Positions 33,501 through 38,258 of a stretch of DNA of 38,258 bases are shown piece after piece; the stretch's first letter is position 1, and each line of letters opens with the position of its first letter. The DNA comes from a virus. Lineage: Duplodnaviria > Caudoviricetes. Under the pieces are notes generated by a model. The model had not been told where the DNA came from and searched no databases. It saw only the letters and a program-made list of their open reading frames with translations. Both the position numbers and the translations under genes were made by a program. The DNA lies in IMG/VR virus record IMGVR_UViG_3300033512_000657, positions 1 through 38,258 of that record, one strand, 5' to 3'.

Positions 33501-35183
33501 TTAAATATATTCCCTTACTCAAATAGTTCAAACATAAGACTCATTTCAACCATTGTTATTGTATACACATAACCATATTTCATCTCTTACGCTTGCAAGG
33601 CTTTTTCACAATCTCAATGCATTTTGTAAATCAGAACTTGAAGCGTCTACATCTGCAGAAAAGAATCATGAGGCAATAACTTCTCAATACGCTGTTACTG
33701 GAAGATTATCCGTAGCTTTTTGTAATACTGAGTTTGTAACGTCTGTAAATGTTGAAGCTCCTGTATATGTAGGGTTAAATAACAATAATCGATGTCAGTT
33801 TCAAGATGTGGTAGCTAATATTGAAACGTCTGTAATATCAGTGGCAAATTCAAAGCTATCTTCTTTTAATCTAATTCAAAGTATTGTTTCAGTAGCTCCA
33901 CTAGCTACTGCTTGTGCTGTTTGTTTGTATATACTTCTATACATACCTTTGGGGTTAAATCACCCTTCACTAATAACAGAACTACATATTTGTTTCAAGC
34001 TTCATGCTCACGCTGTGCTTGTTATTGCATAAGAAATAGGCAAGTTTGCTGTTCTCATATATACGTCTGTAAAACTAGCCGTGCTTGCGTGCCTGAATTG
34101 ATGTGCAACAAGAACTTCTCCATTTGGAGAAACGAAACCACATCTTACTGCTCAAACTCATAACCATTCCAAATCAAAGAAAAGGATATTTGCGTATGCT
34201 ACATTTATTGTTATTCAGCTTTTCCCTGTGCCGTCTAATTTATCAACATTCCAACTTGATTGTGCGACTGTTTCTGTAACTACTCAATTATTATAAATAC
34301 AAAATGATAAAGTTCCTGCATTATTTACAAAACAAACCCCATTTCTAGGAGTGTTGTTTATCGTTGCCAATCAAACATTATCATAATCAAGCAATCCTGC
34401 TCTTTTTATTTGTCATGCTTCGGTATTGAATAATCAAGTCATCAAAACCATATGCGATTTTCAAGGTTGGTATTTGAATCTTTGTTTTGTTTGTCTTACT
34501 ACATAATCACCTGCAGTTGCTGTTGAAAGTGTATATTTACTTGTTGGATTGTCATATAATCAGCTTCAAGTTCAATTAGTCAATGTACTCCAAAATAAAG
34601 TATCTGAAAATTGAGAAGTAAGAGAGTTGTCGAACAATGTATAAGGCTCTGATACTCTTATTCTTCAAAATGCATCTTTCTGCTCTTCCAAAGAAACTGA
34701 TAGATTTCAGTTTATGTTTGTTTTAATATCACGAAATACTCAATTAGGGTCTTCTCAAGTAAGAACTGATTTCATGAGCTCTGCATCATCGTCTCCCTCA
34801 ATAGTATCTTTTATCCTATGTGAACTAGGTTTTACATATGTTGTTTTGAATTGTGTTTGTAATCTGAAATATGTTTGAGGACTCGCACCATTGGTATATA
34901 CGATTCTAAACCACTTGAATACTGGTTGAAATGTGTAAGTCTCACCGTGAGTTCAATGTACTGTATAGACATCGGTAACATCTCGGTTTGTTCAATCAGG
35001 AGAAAATTGTACTGATAGTCAATCAGTTGCACTGTTTACGTCAGTCCTTACTGAAACTACTATGGTTCAAGTATCCACTATATTTTCCGCAGTACCTGTA
35101 AAAACAGCACCACCTGCTAAAGTCGCTACCGTGCTGTTTACCTTTGACACTCTTCCGTCAAATGATGATTGGAGTTCTTTCAT
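33501..35183 (-). CDS. virion structural/tail-associated protein
   Basis: 560 aa; NSTVATLAGGAVFTG, QFSPDGTN[W]D, DAFGRIRVSEP, RQTKQRFKYQPGKS, QSSWNVDKLDGTG. Confidence 0.7.
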
Positions 35184-35204
35184 TGTTTGTTGTGAAAAAT
35201 AAAA

Positions 35205-36773
35205 CTAATATGTCAAAGTGTATAACAGGTTATCTATTTGACCCGTTCAGTCTGCATCGTCTCTAGCTTGTACTTGGATATATGGTGTTCAAGTTACATC
35301 AAAAGTAATCTTAAACAATTGATCGCTATCACTAGCTATTAAGTAATCATTAAGATTTATTGTTGTTTGTCATCATGCGGGACTTCATAGGAATATTTCT
35401 CTATACTCCTCAGCTCCTGCACTTGTGTGTTTATGGAGTATTCTAATTTGCACACCTGTTGAAGTATTTATGTCTATAGTGAATCGTAGAGTCAAATACT
35501 TATATCAAGCACAAGGTATTTCAAACCCAACATCCGCAAAAGTGTTTGTAAGTTCGTAAGCTGTAGAAGTAAGAGGTGTTACTTCTTGGTAGTAACTAGA
35601 ATCTGGATTTTGAGAAACAACTTTTTTTACATCCAAACTTGGGTCATTTTCCTTCAAAACACTATTAATTCAAACCTCATAAACATCTCAAGAAGCGAAC
35701 GCCGTTCCTGTATGTCAGGAAATAGTGACGACATTCGTTGCTGTATCGACTCTCAAAGTGCAATTTATTCCCGCCCTCCAAATTTTTGTGTTTCATGATG
35801 TAGGAACAACCTTGATGTATACAAGTTGTGAGCTATCAACAAACGAGAAAGGAAGAGCAGAAAGTGTGATGGTCGTTGGACTTGTGTATGTTGCGGTGAA
35901 ATCCGATGGGCTTTTGTAGTCAACAGCAGAAACCATAAGTCAAACAACCGAGTTCATTAGAGAAAGCGTTGTTTCTGTTGCGAAATCTTTTGCGTTCAAC
36001 GTTGTGAACTTCCCATCGATGCTCGATAGGGAAGAATTTCACGTATCCTGTTTTGCAGACGTAGCGAAATCTTTTCAAGCAATCGTCGCAAGGTTTCATC
36101 ACGATTCTTGAGCATAATTAGAAATATTTCAGCTTTTTATGTTGATATCCAAAGCCCCCGTTGTACTTGTTATCGCATTTCCTGTCCCGTCGAAAAGATA
36201 TGATTTAACTGATGTGGTGAGCTGGGTAACAATATCTTTCAACCTTCAAAGCAATGTATTTGATGTTGGTGATGCTTGAACTTCTCAAACCTTTGTATCA
36301 ATATTTCAAAGACTAGTATTTCAAGTGTCTTGCTTCGCCTCGGTTGAAGGTGCTGAAATTATTTTATCGGTTCATGTCTTTATTCCACTCAAAGCAGTAT
36401 CAAGGTTGTCGGTTTTGGCTTTTATTGCCGCAAGAGTCGTCTGTGTTGCGAAATCTTTTCATGCTATCGTTGCAAGATTCCCACCTGTCTCTTTCGCTAC
36501 ATTCACAAGAGTATCAGGAAGATCCATAATTATCATAAGATCGTCCGTATTTGTCATCGATGAAGTGTCAAAATCCAATGTGAAAACATAACCAACAAGA
36601 GTTGCTCAAAATCCTGTCTTGTTCGGTTGGTACATGATCGTGTTTGTGTTTACGTTCACGATGGCCAAGAGCCATTCCAACTTGATCGTTTCTGAAATTC
36701 AAGAAATAGTCACCGTTTTTGCGGTTTTATCGAAAGCATAGGATCACACATTTACCCCCATGAGTTGTTTCAT
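35205..36773 (-). CDS. tail fibre-like protein with internal repeats
   Basis: 522 aa; YAFDKTAKTVTI..LDFDTSSMTNTDDL; repeats GGNLATIAGKDFAT. Confidence 0.7.
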
Positions 36774-36774
36774 T

Positions 36775-37185
36775 TTATCAAAAAGCTAAGGCATAAAAAA
36801 ACGCATTTGAATCAACTTCGTTCAATGCTATTTGTAAGTCTGTTTGGTCTGATAAATTCCCTGTTATTTCTCACCACACTGGATCGGTTGCATCATTTCG
36901 GTTGTCGATATCTTGTTGGGTTATCCCAAAAAAAGGATACGCCTCTAATTCTGTTTTCGTGTAGTAATTAGCAAATATCGCATCGATCTCTGCTTTTGTG
37001 TAAATATTCCCGAAGGTTCATGTAGTAGCAATAATTCAATGAGTTCACAAATTGACATCTTTGTAGGCTCACGAATAGGGAACAAACTCAACTGGAATAT
37101 CTCAAAATTTCCAAACAATTAGTTCTGTTTGGTCTATCGATGTGTTGATGTCTTGCTCTTGTTCGACTTTCACGATGATGTCCAT
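36775..37185 (-). CDS. tail fibre-associated protein
   Basis: 136 aa; FVPYSGAYKDVNLG, ITQQDIDN[W]N, WGEITGNLSDQTDL. Confidence 0.72.
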
Positions 37186-37205
37186 TTTTTACTTTTGGGT
37201 TAAAA

Positions 37206-38258
37206 TTATCGCTGTGGCTGGCGGATAAAGTATGATCATGATGGATCTCTTACGTATATCCATTTTCATACGAAACACGTAATTGTAGCTCATCTGGCTA
37301 TTGGTCATGTTCACGTGAGGTCGTTTCATGAACTATCTAGGAGGTGTGTATATAGTGATGTTGCCTCGAGTATTGCATACTTTCATATTCATACGGTAGT
37401 ATAGGATGGGTCGATATTGTACGTCAGTCAAGAAAATGTAAGATCTCATCAACTTGCCATGCTAGTGTCATATCTATATATCACCTTATCTACGCTTCAC
37501 GCTTTATAAAAGCAAAGGTAATCTCAATCAAATCAACATAGGTTGTATGTCCCTCAATCTAGAACTCACGATCATATTTCTGTTCGGTTTCATGATACCG
37601 ATACATCTGAGGTAGTTGGGCATTTAAACACCTTTGTATCTGGAGAAGTATACAATGCAATGTAATAGTAACCACCAACCACAACTCATCAACGTCATTG
37701 AGAACCAACAAATAGCGATGATGCTGCTATATCTTGGTCGTTTCACGAAAGGAGTTTTTTCGATCTCGATGTGGGGTGATAAATATCGACACTTGTTCAC
37801 GCACAATCAACTCCAAGGTTTGGGTCGTCAGTATACTCCCAAATAACTCATCAGTAAAGGATATTCGTGTCGGTAAAAACACCACTATACACAGCCTTAC
37901 TCGTTGGAACTTCTAAGTCTGTATCATTAAGTGATGTCGCTATTTTAGAACCTCAGTCTTTTATTAACTTTCCAGTAGTAGAGTCAAAAACAGCGATATT
38001 TTCGTCGTTTGCTGAACTTGGTCAGTTAACATCTCCAGTCCCTGAATATCCTCAAAATACTGATGCTTTGTAATTCTCAATATCCGTAACCACTCATGAT
38101 GCAGTCGTTACTATTGCAAGAAGAGCCTTGTCAGTATCGTCGGAAGCCTCTTGTGTGATTACTCAAGAAGAGTCAACCAAAATGTAAATTACGGAATCGT
38201 CTGCAACAACCAAATCCGTAATTCAAGCATAGATTCATTTGTTTCAATGTACGGAATA
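37206..38258 (-). CDS. tail fibre protein (5' end outside window)
   Basis: open to window edge; GDVNGPSSANDENIAVFDSTTGKLIKD and VPTSKAV motifs. Confidence 0.72.

Noticed and set aside
455-38073. Most plus-strand ORFs in the supplied track
   Set aside because: Antisense shadows of minus-strand genes with no recognisable motifs; only 13876-14641 and 15743-16027 have promoters and free space
1-38258. Decayed prophage full of pseudogenes
   Set aside because: Interruptions are TGA codons at Gly positions; frames close with TAA/TAG and tile tightly once TGA is read through
1-38258. Genetic code 4 (TGA=Trp)
   Set aside because: TGA falls at Gly motifs (WHAG, DCSG, LGD, GG pairs) and alternates with GGN codons in internal repeats
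29403-38258. Diversity-generating retroelement or shufflon in tail-fibre region
   Set aside because: No reverse transcriptase or invertase, and no adenine-specific TR/VR pair or inverted modules seen by eye
1-38258. Lysogeny module (integrase/CI repressor)
   Set aside because: No recombinase or CI-like gene recognised; could lie outside the window, so lifestyle is undetermined

Overview
Near-complete genome of a tailed dsDNA phage with siphovirus-type morphogenesis, truncated at both window ends inside the tail module. Almost all genes are on the minus strand. The supplied ORF track is fragmented because the genome does not use code 11. TGA encodes Gly, and CGA/CGG occupy conserved Trp positions in many unrelated protein families. 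This is the code reported for Absconditabacterales (SR1, Patescibacteria/CPR), so the host is probably a recoded epibiotic CPR bacterium (inference). Re-translated by hand, the minus strand reads: tail fibre/LamG genes with HNH and GIY-YIG nucleases (38258-29138); secreted beta-helix protein; lysis genes (holin-like, amidase); replication initiator, SSB, Gp157-like, DnaQ-like exonuclease, RlpA-like, NlpC/P60, RusA, HIT-like, HNH, Dps-like; TerS, TerL, portal-gpF fusion, a second secreted beta-helix paralogue, Mu-like protease/scaffold, cement, major capsid, connectors, tail tube, frameshifted chaperone, tape measure. Unexplained structure includes an inverted, self-promoted gene cassette between two attC-like hairpin repeats, terminator/antiterminator leaders before the replication and endolysin genes, a LamG gene split by a self-promoted HNH gene, a tRNA-like minihelix, and promoters with 16-nt spacers. 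No integrase, repressor, RT or full tRNA was seen. All family calls are motif recognition by eye, not database searches.
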